From Ralstonia mannitolilytica (GTDB lineage: Bacteria > Pseudomonadota > Gammaproteobacteria > Burkholderiales > Burkholderiaceae): DNA of 32,000 nucleotides. The position numbers were made by a program, and so were the translations under genes. The stretch spans positions 187,747 to 219,746 of the forward strand of contig NZ_CAJPVG010000003.1 of NCBI RefSeq assembly GCF_905397375.1. The letters are read 5' to 3'. Positions 1-8,154 of the stretch are shown piece after piece (the stretch's first letter is position 1; each line of letters begins with the position of its first letter). The notes beneath the pieces were generated by a model, which saw nothing but the letters and a program-made list of their open reading frames with translations, was not told the DNA's origin and did no database searches.

Positions 1-348
1 GAGTATAGGGTTATCCCTAGGATGGAGCAACGGCGCATCCCGTACTGCCGGTACATTCTCAGTATCACGGGAGGCTGATACGCCCCTGGCGCCGGTCGCC
101 TGCTTCTCAAAGCGGCTTTCTCTTCACAAAATTTGCGCAGAGCAAAAATTTTTTCGGCACAAGATCACCGCAGGACGGGGCATGTCCGTAGGAAAAGACG
201 CGAACATCGCGCTTCGGATGGGATTGTGCCGGCAAAAAGCAATGATCTGCTCGCTTGTCGTTTGATCGGCAAGCCACCTACCATACGCCGCCATGTGCCG
301 GCTCGCCTTGCTGCATGCTGCGGGCCGGTTTGTTGACTGGAGGTTCGT

Positions 349-1764
349 ATGGCGTATCCCCCCATCCCGGTGCCGGCTGACGGCGCGTGCGGTGCCCGAT
401 CGGCCAACAGTGCGTGGCAGGCGCGCAGCCGGGCGGCCGTGTGGCACCCGTGCACCCAGAATGCCCGGCTCGATGCCATGCCGCCGCTGCCGATCGCTCG
501 CGGGCAGGGCCCGTGGCTGATCGACTTTGACGGCAAGCGCTACCTCGACGGCACCAGCTCCTGGTGGGTCAACCTGTTCGGCCACGCCAATCCGCATATC
601 AACGCTGCGCTCAAGACGCAGCTGGACTCGCTGGAGCACGTGATGCTGGCCGGCGCCACGCACCGCCCGGCCGTGGAGCTTGCCGAACGTCTGATCGACC
701 TGACGGCCGGTGTGCTGGGCCACAGCTTCTTCGGCTCCGATGGCGCATCGGCCGTCGAAATCGCGCTCAAGATGAGCTTCCACGCGCATCGCAACGCAGG
801 GCAGGGCGCACGCAACCGCTTCGTCTGCCTGGAGCACGGCTACCACGGGGAAACGCTCGGCGCCCTTGGCGTGACCGATGTGGCGATCTTCCGCGATGCG
901 TACGACCCCCTGATCCTGCAATCGCACCGCGTGGCATCGCCCGATGCCCGCCTGGCCGCCCCCGGCGAGACCGCCGCCGACGTCGCCGACCGGGCGCTGG
1001 CTGCCTTGCGCGCCTGCCTTGCCGCCAACGCCGGCACCATTGCCGCCGTCATCATCGAGCCGCTGGTCCAGTGTGCGGCCGGCATGGCCATGCATGATGT
1101 GAGCTACCTGCGCGGCGTGCGGGCGCTGTGCGACGAGTTTGGCGTGCACTGGATCGCCGATGAAATTGCCGTCGGCTGCGGGCGTACGGGCACCTTCTTC
1201 GCATGCGAGCAGGCCGGCGTGTGGCCGGACCTGCTGTGCCTCTCCAAGGGCATCAGCGGCGGCTACCTGCCGCTGTCGATCGTGCTTTCGCGCGATGCCA
1301 TCTACGAGGCCTTCAACGACGATGCGCCGGTGCGCAGCTTCCTGCATTCCCATTCGTACACCGGCAACCCGCTGGCGTGCCGCGCCGCGCTGGCCACACT
1401 CGATCTGTTTGCCGAGCACGACGTCTTGGCACGCAACCGCGTCACCGCCGCGCGCATTGCGCAGGGCCTCGCGCCGCTGTCGCACGATGCCCGCGTCGCA
1501 CACCTGCGCCAGACCGGCATGATCACCGCCTTCGACGTGCACCCCGACGTGGCCGGCGCACGCTTTGCCGAGCGTTTTGCGCTCACGGCGCGCACGCATG
1601 GGCTGCTGCTGCGCCCGATCGGCCACACCGTCTATCTGCTGCCGCCCTACGTGCTGAGCGACGAAGAGACCGACACGCTGGTCGAACGCACGCTCCAGAC
1701 GCTGGAAGACACCCTCGCCCAGACCACGGGCGAAACCGAAGGACACACCTATGCGATTGCTTGA
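349..1764 (+). CDS. bioA: Adenosylmethionine-8-amino-7-oxononanoate aminotransferase (BioA)
   Basis: 471-aa ORF with class-III PLP aminotransferase motifs ([43 protein letters not shown]). Its 3' end overlaps bioF by 14 nt. The exact start among upstream codons is not certain. Confidence 0.93.
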   Translation: MAYPPIPVPADGACGARSANSAWQARSRAAVWHPCTQNARLDAMPPLPIARGQGPWLIDFDGKRYLDGTSSWWVNLFGHANPHINAALKTQLDSLEHVMLAGATHRPAVELAERLIDLTAGVLGHSFFGSDGASAVEIALKMSFHAHRNAGQGARNRFVCLEHGYHGETLGALGVTDVAIFRDAYDPLILQSHRVASPDARLAAPGETAADVADRALAALRACLAANAGTIAAVIIEPLVQCAAGMAMHDVSYLRGVRALCDEFGVHWIADEIAVGCGRTGTFFACEQAGVWPDLLCLSKGISGGYLPLSIVLSRDAIYEAFNDDAPVRSFLHSHSYTGNPLACRAALATLDLFAEHDVLARNRVTAARIAQGLAPLSHDARVAHLRQTGMITAFDVHPDVAGARFAERFALTARTHGLLLRPIGHTVYLLPPYVLSDEETDTLVERTLQTLEDTLAQTTGETEGHTYAIA

Positions 1765-2998
1765 CGACCTGCAGGCCGGCCTGGATGCCATCGATGCCGC
1801 GCACCTGCGCCGTGTGCGCCGCACCGCCTACACCCCGACCGACCGCAGCCAGCGCATCAGCGTGCCCGGCGGAGAGCCACGCGACGTCCTGGGCTTCTGC
1901 GGCAACGACTACCTCGGCCTGGCCGCGCATCCCGCGCTTGCCGAGGCCGTGGTGCACGGCGCGCGGCAGTACGGCTTCGGCAGCGGCGCATCGCACCTGG
2001 TGAGCGGCCATTCGGTCGCGCACGCGCGGTTGGAGGCCCGTATGGCGGCGCTGCAGGCCGCTCATATTCCCGATGCGGATGCGCTGTTCTTCTGCACGGG
2101 ATACATGGCCAACCTGGCCGTGGTGAGCGCCATGGCGCAGGCGGGCGGCATTCGCCCGGCCGAGGATTGCACGATCTTTTCAGATGCGCTGAACCACGCC
2201 TCGCTCATCGATGGCGCCCGGCTGTCGCGGGCGCCCGTGAAGGTGTATCCGCACGTCGACATGGCGGCACTGGAGGCGCTGCTTGCCGCCAGCACGAGCC
2301 GCAACAAGCTGATCGTCACCGATGGCGTGTTCAGCATGGATGGCGATATCGCGCCGCTGCCGGCGCTGCTCGCACTGGCCGAGCGCTACGACGCGTGGCT
2401 CATTGTGGACGACGCGCATGGCCTGGGCGTGCTGGGCGAAGACGGTGCCGGCGTGTTGTCGCACTTCGGGCTGCGCTCCGAGCGCATCGTCTACGTGGGC
2501 ACCTTCGGCAAGGCCGCGGGCGGGTCCGGGGCGGCCATCGTCGCGCATCGGCTGGCGATCGACTGGCTGGTGCAGCGCGCCCGCACGTACATCTTCACCA
2601 CGGCCACACCGCCGGGCATCGCGTGCGCGGTGGAGGCGGCGCTCGACCTGATCGCGAGCGAGGAGGGGGCGGCGCGGCGCGCGGTCCTGAACCGGCACAT
2701 CGCCGCGTGGAGCGCGCATGCCCAGCGCCTGGCCGCGCGCTTTGGCTGGCGGTGGATGCCCTCGCAGACGGCCATACAGCCCATCGTGATCGGCGAGAAC
2801 GCGCCGGCACTGGCCCTCGCGGCCGCGCTGGAGCGCGAAGGCATCCGCATCGCCGCCATCCGCCCGCCGACGGTGCCGGTGGGCACGGCGCGCCTGCGCA
2901 TTACGCTCTCGGCCGCGCACACCGACGCCGATATCGAGCGCCTCGCCCTCGCGCTCGAAGCGGCCGGCCAATCGCTCCAACCCGCCAAGGCTGCCTGA
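1751..2998 (+). CDS. bioF: 8-amino-7-oxononanoate synthase (BioF)
   Basis: 415-aa ORF with [25 protein letters not shown] and GTFGKAAG (PLP lysine) motifs. It sits between bioA and bioD. Confidence 0.93.
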   Translation: MRLLDDLQAGLDAIDAAHLRRVRRTAYTPTDRSQRISVPGGEPRDVLGFCGNDYLGLAAHPALAEAVVHGARQYGFGSGASHLVSGHSVAHARLEARMAALQAAHIPDADALFFCTGYMANLAVVSAMAQAGGIRPAEDCTIFSDALNHASLIDGARLSRAPVKVYPHVDMAALEALLAASTSRNKLIVTDGVFSMDGDIAPLPALLALAERYDAWLIVDDAHGLGVLGEDGAGVLSHFGLRSERIVYVGTFGKAAGGSGAAIVAHRLAIDWLVQRARTYIFTTATPPGIACAVEAALDLIASEEGAARRAVLNRHIAAWSAHAQRLAARFGWRWMPSQTAIQPIVIGENAPALALAAALEREGIRIAAIRPPTVPVGTARLRITLSAAHTDADIERLALALEAAGQSLQPAKAA

Positions 2999-2999
2999 C

Positions 3000-3689
3000 A
3001 TGCCCCCGCGTTTTGATTGCTTCATCACGGGCACCGATACGGAGATCGGCAAGACGCTCGTCAGCGCCGCCTTGCTGACCAAGCTCGCAGATGCCGGCTA
3101 CCGTGCCGCCGGTCTCAAGCCCATTGCGGCCGGCACCCTGGCCGGCACCCCTGCGCGCACCAACGAAGACGTCGAACAACTGCGCGCCGCTGCGTCGATC
3201 AGCCTGCCGCTTGCCACGGTCTGCCCGTGGCTGCTCGATGCACCGATGTCTCCGCACCTGGCCGCCGCGCGCGAAGGCGTGACGATCACGCTGCCGCCCA
3301 TTCTCGACGCGCTCGCGCAGGCAAAAGCGTGCGCCGACGCCGTGGTGGTGGAGGGCGTGGGCGGCTTTCGCGTGCCGCTGTCGGATGACTTCGACACCGC
3401 GCAGATGACCGTCGCGCTGGGCCTGCCTGTCGTGCTGGTGGTCGGCCTGCGGCTGGGGTGCCTGAACCATGCCGCGCTCACGGCGGAAGCCATCGCCGCG
3501 CGCGGGCTGCACCTCGTCGGCTGGGTCGGCAACGTGGTCGATCCGGCCATGGCCGGGCTGGACGAGAACGTCGCCACGCTGCGCCGCTGGATCAGCGCGC
3601 CGCACCTGGGCACGATTCCCCGATTGCCGTGTGCGCAAGCGCGCCTTGCGGCAACGTATCTCGACATCGCACCGCTGCTGACGCGTTGA
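3000..3689 (+). CDS. bioD: Dethiobiotin synthetase (BioD)
   Basis: 229-aa ORF with N-terminal P-loop GTDTEIGKT. The ATG lies 2 nt after the bioF stop. Confidence 0.9.
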   Translation: MPPRFDCFITGTDTEIGKTLVSAALLTKLADAGYRAAGLKPIAAGTLAGTPARTNEDVEQLRAAASISLPLATVCPWLLDAPMSPHLAAAREGVTITLPPILDALAQAKACADAVVVEGVGGFRVPLSDDFDTAQMTVALGLPVVLVVGLRLGCLNHAALTAEAIAARGLHLVGWVGNVVDPAMAGLDENVATLRRWISAPHLGTIPRLPCAQARLAATYLDIAPLLTR

Positions 3690-3748
3690 TGCTTCCCGGC
3701 CGGCGCTACACTGTTCCGATCTCAACAGCGTCGATGGAGAGGGCTGTC

Positions 3749-4267
3749 ATGCGCGCGATGCGTTGGCTGGCGACGGCAATGGTGGTCGCGGCCATGTCGG
3801 GATGTGCGGTATTGGAATCCCCGGTGACGAAGGGGCAGCGGCTGGTGGGCGCAGACGAGTCCGCCGTGCAGGCGCGGTTCGGCCCGCCGCGCGAGACGTA
3901 CCCGCTGGACGGCGGCACGCGGTGGCTGTATCCGACCAAACCGTACGGCCAGTTCACCTATGCGGCCGACTTCGATGCCCATGGCAGGCTCGTCGCGTTC
4001 AAGCAGGTGCTGAGCAGTCTCGAGTTTGCGCAGGCAAGGGTGGGCACCTGGACGCAAGACGACGTGCTGCGGCACTTCGGCCAGCCGGTCGAGACGTCGT
4101 ACTTCCCGCGCATGGACCGGCTGGTCTGGTCATACCGGTTCAAGGCCGACGACGTCTGGCCGTCCTTGATGCATTTCTACTTCGACCGGGCTGGCGTCCT
4201 GCAGCTCACCCAGGTCACGCCCGACCCGTTGTACGACCCAGACCGGCCGCGCTTCTTCCGGCACTGA
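3749..4267 (+). CDS. Lipoprotein, possibly with two SmpA/OmlA (BamE)-like repeats
   Basis: In-frame Met at 3749 (alternative 3734) gives the signal peptide MRAMRWLATAMVVAAMSGC with a lipobox, preceded by GGAGAGGG. Two G-x-T/S-xx-V-xx-FG-xP-like segments are present. The longer ORF from 3458 overlaps bioD and is rejected. Confidence 0.75.
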   Translation: MRAMRWLATAMVVAAMSGCAVLESPVTKGQRLVGADESAVQARFGPPRETYPLDGGTRWLYPTKPYGQFTYAADFDAHGRLVAFKQVLSSLEFAQARVGTWTQDDVLRHFGQPVETSYFPRMDRLVWSYRFKADDVWPSLMHFYFDRAGVLQLTQVTPDPLYDPDRPRFFRH

Positions 4268-4417
4268 GACGTCATGCCCAATCGGCTTGTGCGCTCAGGG
4301 TTCCTCCTGCATTGCCACCTTCGCGCGGCGACCTAAGCTAGAAGCAGGGGAGGCAGACGCCGCCCGGCGCCTGCCGGAGCAACCCGTCATCAGAACGGGC
4401 GCGCACGGGGGTGCATC

Positions 4418-4942
4418 ATGCTCACGCATCACTGGGTCGACATCGACCCGATTGCGGCGGAACATCATCGGCTATACGGCATCGCCGGATGGTTGCCTTG
4501 GGTCTTGGCCATGGCTATTGCCGGGCCGACGTGGGTGTTCTGGCACGGCCTGTCCATCGACGCAGTGAAGCTCGCCGGCGCCGACCTCTTCAACGCCACC
4601 ACGCCGGGCAGCGGGGCGATCAACCTGACTATGCTGGTGTACCTGATCTCGTGCGCGACAGTGCTGGTGCTGGCCACCACGCACGACAGCGCGTTCCGGC
4701 GTGCCACGCTGGTTCACATGGCGGTGCTGCCGCCGATGATCGGCTTCATCCTCATGGCCGGCGACCTGCCCGGCGCACGCTCGACTTTCATCGAGGGCGT
4801 GGCCGTTGCCGCTGCGCTGCTGTTGACGTGCGGCGTCTATCTGCAGGTGTCGCGCCGTGTGCGCGTCACCTTCGAGTTGCGCGACTGGGCGCCCGGTGAG
4901 CATGCGTGGTTCAAGCGCCGCCACGGCGCCGCACCGAGCTGA
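4418..4942 (+). CDS. Hypothetical integral membrane protein (about 4 hydrophobic segments)
   Basis: 174-aa ORF with several 20-residue hydrophobic stretches. No family recognised. Confidence 0.6.
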   Translation: MLTHHWVDIDPIAAEHHRLYGIAGWLPWVLAMAIAGPTWVFWHGLSIDAVKLAGADLFNATTPGSGAINLTMLVYLISCATVLVLATTHDSAFRRATLVHMAVLPPMIGFILMAGDLPGARSTFIEGVAVAAALLLTCGVYLQVSRRVRVTFELRDWAPGEHAWFKRRHGAAPS

Positions 4943-4958
4943 GCGCTGTCAGGATCGT

Positions 4959-5168
4959 TCAGTCGATCCGCGCAAAGCGTGGAACCTGGCGACCGTCGAC
5001 TTCGACCATCTCGTGGAACATCGTCGATGGGCGCGTCCAGATCGTGCCGTTGGCCGCGCGGTAGACCGTCATCTTGATGGTCGGATCGGGTTCGTACGTG
5101 GCTTCGCACAGCCACTCGTATTCGCCGCCCTTGTAGTGGCGGTAGCGGCGGGCAGGGGTGTTCTGCAT
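4959..5168 (-). CDS. DUF1653-family small protein
   Basis: 69-aa ORF with YRHYKGGEYEW...VYR...WTRP..MF, the pattern I associate with DUF1653. It lies 8 nt downstream of the 5176-5523 gene on the same strand. Confidence 0.7.
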   Translation of the reverse strand: MQNTPARRYRHYKGGEYEWLCEATYEPDPTIKMTVYRAANGTIWTRPSTMFHEMVEVDGRQVPRFARID

Positions 5169-5175
5169 GGCTGGC

Positions 5176-5523
5176 TCAGTGCTGCGTGGGCTTGTCTTCG
5201 TCGTCGACGTACGGCGTGTGCTTGCCTTCCTGCGTCTGTGCGCCGAGCTTCGCGTTCTCCATGGCGTCCTGATACGCCAGCATGGCCGCGGCCACGGCCT
5301 CGGGCTCGCCGTTGAACGAAATCACGCTCTCGCCGCAATTCGGGCATTCGCCGCCAAAGATCGCGCGGATGCCGGGCATGTCGCGCGGCTCCATGCCTTC
5401 GAACTCCGTAAAGGCGGTCTGGCATGCGCCGCAGACCAGCTTTTCCGGTCGCAGGGCATCGAGCCGGGCGTGCGCCTGTGAAATGCGGTCGGCCTGCGAG
5501 CCGCGTCGTTTGGCTTCGCCCAT
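5176..5523 (-). CDS. Hypothetical protein with CxxC...CxxC zinc-ribbon-like motif
   Basis: 115-aa ORF with CGAC and CPNC pairs 26 residues apart and an acidic C-terminus. SD-like GGAAG/GAGG lies upstream of the ATG at 5523. Confidence 0.65.
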   Translation of the reverse strand: MGEAKRRGSQADRISQAHARLDALRPEKLVCGACQTAFTEFEGMEPRDMPGIRAIFGGECPNCGESVISFNGEPEAVAAAMLAYQDAMENAKLGAQTQEGKHTPYVDDEDKPTQH

Positions 5524-5622
5524 GGTGTGCTTCCTCTTCAGATGATTGGAGGGTGGATCATACCGAAGGCGCAGGCCGGCGTTCCTGAATCGGGCCGGGG
5601 GTGTTCGGGGCTGGTGGATGTT

Positions 5623-6018
5623 TTATTTAACATAATGCAAAGAGCTAGAGCCCGTCGAATGGCTCAACGGCGCGGCTTCGGCGGGTGAGGGTGTCACAAA
5701 ATTTGTGACACCGAGGCCCAGCGCCACGAGGACGGCGACTAGGCCGCTATGAGCCATCCTCGGCGAAAAAACTTCCCACAGTGACCGTTGGCCAGCGCGT
5801 TCCGCGCGGTCGAGATCAGCCGCCATGATGATCGGCAGTGGGTTTTCCATGCCGAGTTCGCGTGCGACTTGCAGGCACTTTTCGTTATCCATGAAACGGA
5901 TGCCGTTGCGGTAGTTATGCACGGCGCCATGGGACCAGCCCATGTGCCGGCAGAGCTCCGCGTCGTTTTTTAATCCGCGTGCGCGGATCAAGTCGTCCAG
6001 ATATTTCACGCTTTTCAC
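5623..6018 (-). CDS. Prophage HTH repressor/immunity-like protein (131 aa as integrated; 3' end crosses attL)
   Basis: GTG start at 6018 with GGGAGG 5 nt upstream. The N-terminal half looks like a phage-repressor HTH (DAELCRHMGWSHGAVHNYRNG). The C-terminal half contains a hydrophobic stretch GLVAVLVALGLGV. The last 6 codons and the stop are encoded by the 17-bp att repeat and host DNA. Confidence 0.8.
   Translation of the reverse strand: MKSVKYLDDLIRARGLKNDAELCRHMGWSHGAVHNYRNGIRFMDNEKCLQVARELGMENPLPIIMAADLDRAERAGQRSLWEVFSPRMAHSGLVAVLVALGLGVTNFVTPSPAEAAPLSHSTGSSSLHYVK
5625..5652. repeat. attL hybrid site: XerD arm + 6-bp spacer identical to dif, then non-dif sequence
   Basis: ATTTAACATAA-TGCAAA-GAGCTAGAGCC. 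The first 17 nt are identical to 12775-12791. The last 11 nt match the XerC arm TTATGCGCAAA at only 1 of 11 positions. Confidence 0.85.
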
Positions 6019-6036
6019 GAGCGCCTCCCTTGCAGA

Positions 6037-6086
6037 ATCTACGGCCGTTGATTACTCTACGCCCGTAGAGTTCCACGGCCGTGGAA
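6037..6086. promoter_or_regulatory. Three operator-like palindromes, 14-mer consensus TCYACGSCCGTNGA
   Basis: Sites are TCTACGGCCGTTGA (6038-6051), TCTACGCCCGTAGA (6056-6069) and TCCACGGCCGTGGA (6072-6085). The third extends to a perfect 16-bp palindrome at 6071-6086. Centre spacings are 18 and 16 bp. They lie between the repressor start and the rightward ORFs. Confidence 0.6.
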
Positions 6087-6096
6087 TTTTCAGAAA

Positions 6097-6102
6097 TATA
6101 AT
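6097..6102 (+). promoter_or_regulatory. Candidate -10 box (TATAAT) of the rightward phage promoter
   Basis: Exact TATAAT lies 26 nt upstream of the ATG at 6128. The 17-bp-spaced -35 position falls inside the third operator. No good -35 hexamer is present. Confidence 0.4.
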
Positions 6103-6127
6103 CGGTTTACCCGGGGAGGGGCTAACG

Positions 6128-6499
6128 ATGACGTGCTTAGGCGACATGTGGCATCTGGGGTGTGGGGTCGGGGGTTGTCCACTCTGTCACTACCGCGCCG
6201 ATGAGGAGCATGGCCAGCGCGCCGCCGCTCTCGTTGCGCAGATCGTTCGCTTTATTGAGGAGACCGGTGATGGTGGCTTCCCGGATTTCCTTGGGGAGGC
6301 GCTTCACGGCATGGCCGAAGTGCGTGCCTACCGTGAGCACATCTCCGATGTCCAGGACCGCGCCGCTACGAATGAGGTCAACCGCTTCGCTAAACAGGGC
6401 CTGGCCCTGAGCGTGTTGGTCCCTGAAGATCTGCGAGCTCGTCTTGATTCGCTTCGGCATGTTGCTGTGACGGTTGTTTTTCCTGGTGAGGGAGCATAA
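6128..6499 (+). CDS. Hypothetical phage protein, first ORF of the rightward operon (in conflict with antisense ORF 6137-6604)
   Basis: ATG preceded by GGAGG with an 8-nt spacer, and TATAAT upstream. It packs tightly with the next ORF. However, GC3 is only about 62% (hand count) and many rare NNT codons are used. Confidence 0.4.
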   Translation: MTCLGDMWHLGCGVGGCPLCHYRADEEHGQRAAALVAQIVRFIEETGDGGFPDFLGEALHGMAEVRAYREHISDVQDRAATNEVNRFAKQGLALSVLVPEDLRARLDSLRHVAVTVVFPGEGA

Positions 6500-6604
6500 G
6501 CGATGCAGCAGAGAGACCACAGGCAGCTCGATCTGTTTGGCGGCCACGCCCATCCCCATCGGGCTCAGCTTATCCACCAAGCGCAGCTCGTGCGCGGCAT
6601 GCAA
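6137..6604 (-). CDS. Alternative antisense ORF (155 codons, TTG start), unknown function
   Basis: It is codon-aligned antisense to the two plus-strand ORFs. It has higher GC3 (about 76-83% by hand count) and uses host-preferred codons. No SD precedes the TTG at 6604 or the internal ATGs. It is mutually exclusive with most of 6128-6703 (+). Confidence 0.3.
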   Translation of the reverse strand: MHAAHELRLVDKLSPMGMGVAAKQIELPVVSLLHRLCSLTRKNNRHSNMPKRIKTSSQIFRDQHAQGQALFSEAVDLIRSGAVLDIGDVLTVGTHFGHAVKRLPKEIREATITGLLNKANDLRNESGGALAMLLIGAVVTEWTTPDPTPQMPHVA

Positions 6605-6703
6605 AACGGGGGCATCAGGAACGGTCGTTGCCCCGCAGCTCGTCGCATTGCAGACCTGGCATACAACGCCACGGTGATTTATCCGGTGCGAGGTGCACGC
6701 TGA
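6503..6703 (+). CDS. Hypothetical small phage protein (66 aa), coupled to rep by TGATG
   Basis: ATG at 6503 is preceded by GAGGGAG with an 8-nt spacer. Its stop TGA overlaps the ATG at 6703. GC3 is about 67% (hand count). The sequence is not recognisably protein-family-like. Confidence 0.3.
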   Translation: MQQRDHRQLDLFGGHAHPHRAQLIHQAQLVRGMQNGGIRNGRCPAARRIADLAYNATVIYPVRGAR

Positions 6704-7839
6704 TGCGCCTCCGTCCCTCCCCAGCTCGTTATCTCGATCCCACCAGCGCCGCGTACGCGGTGCATGGCGCTTTCACACGTAGTGCCGTGGAGGAGGGCGC
6801 CTGCGCGTCGCGGGACGGAGCGTCAGCGACGGACGCGCGTCGCGCGGGCGCTTCCCCCCGTCCGGTAATACGGGGGGAAAGTGCCAAACGGCAGGCAGGG
6901 GCGATCGTTGACTGGTTGCGGTTCACGTTCCTGCCTGACGGCAGCATCGGCGATGCCCTGGAGCAGCTGCGCCGGTACTTTCACCTCTGGTTTTCGATCC
7001 CCGTGACGATGAAGCCGAGCGTGCGCGGCTTCCGGGGCTACGAGTTCAGCCATGACCTGATGGCGTTCGTGAACGGCGAGGAGATTCGCCTCGGCATCGT
7101 TGCGTGCGGCGGGGAGAGCGTCGGCGGCACGATGCTGGTCGATCTGTCGGGGCAGGGCTGCGTGGTTGTGCAGGACTGGGCGGCGGTGTACGCGACGATG
7201 CAGGACCTCGATGCGCGCATCACGCGCTGTGATTTGGCGATGGACTTCTGTCAGGGGGAGGTCAGCATGGACCAGGTGGAGCAGATGTATTTTGCCGGCG
7301 AGTTCAACGCTGGCGGTCGGATCCCGAAGTACCGCCGCGTTGAGAGCGGCGTGGCCAACGCAGAGGCCTCCGGGGGACGCACGTTCGAGATCGGGCGGCG
7401 CGTCAACGGGAAGATGCTGCGGGCCTATGAGAAGGGGCGCCAGCTCGGCAAGCAGGACAGCGAATGGGTCCGTATCGAGATCGAGTTCGGTAACAAGGAT
7501 CGCGTGATTCCGCACGCGATCGTGATGGAGCGCGACCGGTACTTTGCCGGTGCGTACAAGGCCTTGGAGGCCTTCATGGCGGCAGACCCGCAACGGGTGC
7601 CGACCGATCAGCGCGAAGCGCTGGAGAACCAGGACGCCATCGTCCTCGAGCGAAAGCTCGCCCACATGAAGCAGCAGTTCGGCCCGACCGTGGACTACGT
7701 GCTGCGCGTCACAAACGAAGACTTCGCCGCACTCGTCGTAGCGATCCGCCGTCAGGGCGTTCCGGCGCAGCTGCACAAAACCGCCTTGGCGAGGCACGTG
7801 TACGGCACGCACGACCCTGTGCCGAGATACCAGGAGTGA
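6703..7839 (+). CDS. Rolling-circle replication initiation protein (pII/RstA-like, Rep_trans-type)
   Basis: The conserved block starts at AIVDWLRFTF (about 6895). It is the large first gene of the structural operon. ATG 6703 has GAGG 9 nt upstream. Alternative starts are 6628 and GTG 6787. The first 65 or so codons have lower GC3 than the rest. Confidence 0.8.
   Translation: MRLRPSPARYLDPTSAAYAVHGAFTRSAVEEGACASRDGASATDARRAGASPRPVIRGESAKRQAGAIVDWLRFTFLPDGSIGDALEQLRRYFHLWFSIPVTMKPSVRGFRGYEFSHDLMAFVNGEEIRLGIVACGGESVGGTMLVDLSGQGCVVVQDWAAVYATMQDLDARITRCDLAMDFCQGEVSMDQVEQMYFAGEFNAGGRIPKYRRVESGVANAEASGGRTFEIGRRVNGKMLRAYEKGRQLGKQDSEWVRIEIEFGNKDRVIPHAIVMERDRYFAGAYKALEAFMAADPQRVPTDQREALENQDAIVLERKLAHMKQQFGPTVDYVLRVTNEDFAALVVAIRRQGVPAQLHKTALARHVYGTHDPVPRYQE
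6852..6879 (+). other. Perfect 10-bp stem / 8-nt loop hairpin inside the rep 5' region
   Basis: TTCCCCCCGT (6852-6861), loop CCGGTAAT, ACGGGGGGAA (6870-6879). Confidence 0.7.
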
Positions 7840-7842
7840 GCA

Positions 7843-8154
7843 ATGGAAATGAAAGCACGCGTCACGGTTCGTGGCGCCAAGACGTGGGTAGGGAACATGG
7901 AAGGCAAGCAGCTCGATACCGGCACGATCTACGCCGATGTGGAGCTGCGTGGCGAGGGCTCGAAGGGCTGCTTCACGCAGGCCTTGAAGTGCGAGAACTC
8001 CGAGGTGGTGAAGAAGATCATCAACAACCCGTTTCCGTTCCTGGCCGAGATCAGCATGGTCGTGACCAGCAACGGCAAGCAGGACGGTGAGCAGAAGCTG
8101 GTGACGCAGATCGTTCCGTTGCAGCGCGTGGTTGAAGGCGAGAAGGCGAAGTGA
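7843..8154 (+). CDS. Probable ssDNA-binding protein (pV-like) by position
   Basis: 103-aa ORF immediately after rep. AGGAG precedes the ATG, which lies 3 nt after the rep stop. Size and position match inovirus gene V. No motif-level proof. Confidence 0.6.
   Translation: MEMKARVTVRGAKTWVGNMEGKQLDTGTIYADVELRGEGSKGCFTQALKCENSEVVKKIINNPFPFLAEISMVVTSNGKQDGEQKLVTQIVPLQRVVEGEKAK

Noticed and set aside
126-157. AT-rich imperfect palindrome AAAATTTGC-N5-GCAAAAATTTT upstream of bioA, considered as a BirA/biotin operator
   Set aside because: It does not resemble the BirA operator half-sites I know (TTGTAAACC type), and the symmetry is imperfect. It is probably just promoter-region AT richness and cannot be supported as a site.
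124-1824. 566-aa minus-strand ORF covering the bioA region
   Set aside because: It is antisense to a gene with clear BioA motifs. The translation is Arg/Ala/Gly-rich low-complexity with no motifs. This is a typical high-GC shadow ORF.
3458-3748. N-terminal 97-codon extension of the lipoprotein ORF
   Set aside because: It overlaps the bioD coding region in another frame. The lipoprotein signal peptide begins at the internal Met (3749 or 3734).
6621-6628. ACGGTCGT, a weak match to the operator core, near the rep start
   Set aside because: Only the 8-mer core with one mismatch is present. The flanks do not fit the 14-mer consensus, and it is too likely by chance.
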